DNA of 64,000 nucleotides from Parachlamydiales bacterium (GTDB lineage Bacteria; Chlamydiota; Chlamydiia; Chlamydiales; JAEYWL01): NCBI GenBank assembly GCA_020054065.1, contig JAGVLX010000021.1, positions 17,262 to 81,261 of the forward strand, read 5' to 3'. Shown piece by piece: positions 63,728 to 64,000 of this stretch (position 1 is its first letter; each line of letters starts with the position of its first letter). The notes under the pieces were generated by a model. It saw only the letters and a program-made list of their open reading frames with translations, ran no database searches and was not told where the DNA came from. The position numbers and the translations under genes were made by a program.

Positions 63728-64000
63728 TTATTCCTCCGGATCTTGCCACTTGCCGTGCGCTTTGATCAATTCGATCAAGCGCGCATCTCCATACGCGAAT
63801 TCAATATCTTTTTCCACACAGGTTTTCCCGACATACAAATCGATCTTGCCTGGCTTAGACCCTACATACCCAAAATCCGCATCAGCCATCTCGCCCGGTC
63901 CATTCACAATGCAGCCCATGATCGCAATTTTGACTCCAGGCAGATGGGCGGTTTTTTCACGAATCCGTTTTGTGACATCTTGTAAGTCGAATAACGTGCG
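63728..64000 (-). CDS. ispG: 4-hydroxy-3-methylbut-2-enyl diphosphate synthase, C-terminal part (runs off the window)
   Basis: [19 protein letters not shown] motif. The frame stays open to the window edge. Confidence 0.85.
   Translation of the reverse strand, partial: RTLFDLQDVTKRIREKTAHLPGVKIAIMGCIVNGPGEMADADFGYVGSKPGKIDLYVGKTCVEKDIEFAYGDARLIELIKAHGKWQDPEE

Overview
This window looks like a Chlamydiae chromosome, probably an environmental or amoeba-associated lineage rather than Chlamydiaceae. It carries rpsA-nusA-infB-rbfA-truB-ribF, then ychF, then the type III secretion genes sctU(cdsU)-sctV(cdsV)-copN-chaperone, then malQ. From memory this order is collinear with C. trachomatis CT098..CT087.

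Other content:
- Positions 1-12.4 kb hold a dense general-stress-like island. It contains two extreme low-complexity proteins, a YciF-like protein, CsbD, three BON/OsmY-like domains in two proteins, two paralogous Zn-ADHs, a FAD/Rieske oxidoreductase, two SDRs, a GYD+RHH gene pair and small membrane peptides.
- Next come a K+-independent-type H+-pyrophosphatase and a membrane-anchored ClpB-D1-like AAA+ protein paired with a HAT/TPR protein.
- Further on are an oppABCDF operon, a 2335-aa orphan giant protein and brnQ.
- An ACT-less aspartokinase is coupled to a 653-aa unknown protein, followed by queD.
- At the right end are a transglutaminase-like/TPR protein coupled to a Pro/Tyr/Cys-rich secreted peptide, a PduO-type adenosyltransferase and the 3' end of ispG.

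I saw no rRNA, tRNA, CRISPR array, IS element or integrase.

Most interesting points:
1. A roughly 4.6-kb insertion of eukaryote-like candidate effectors (a RasGEF/CDC25-homology protein and a BTB+LRR protein) sits exactly where ribF has lost its riboflavin-kinase half.
2. The stress island contains two FUS-like or hydrophilin-like disordered paralogs.
3. Gene 3' ends carry long hairpins whose arms are built from repeated 6-8-nt words.
4. A perfect 2 x 43-bp tandem duplication lies in the predicted 5' leader of sctU.
5. The AAA+ protein has an unusual architecture.

All functional calls rest on by-eye motif recognition and were not checked against databases.
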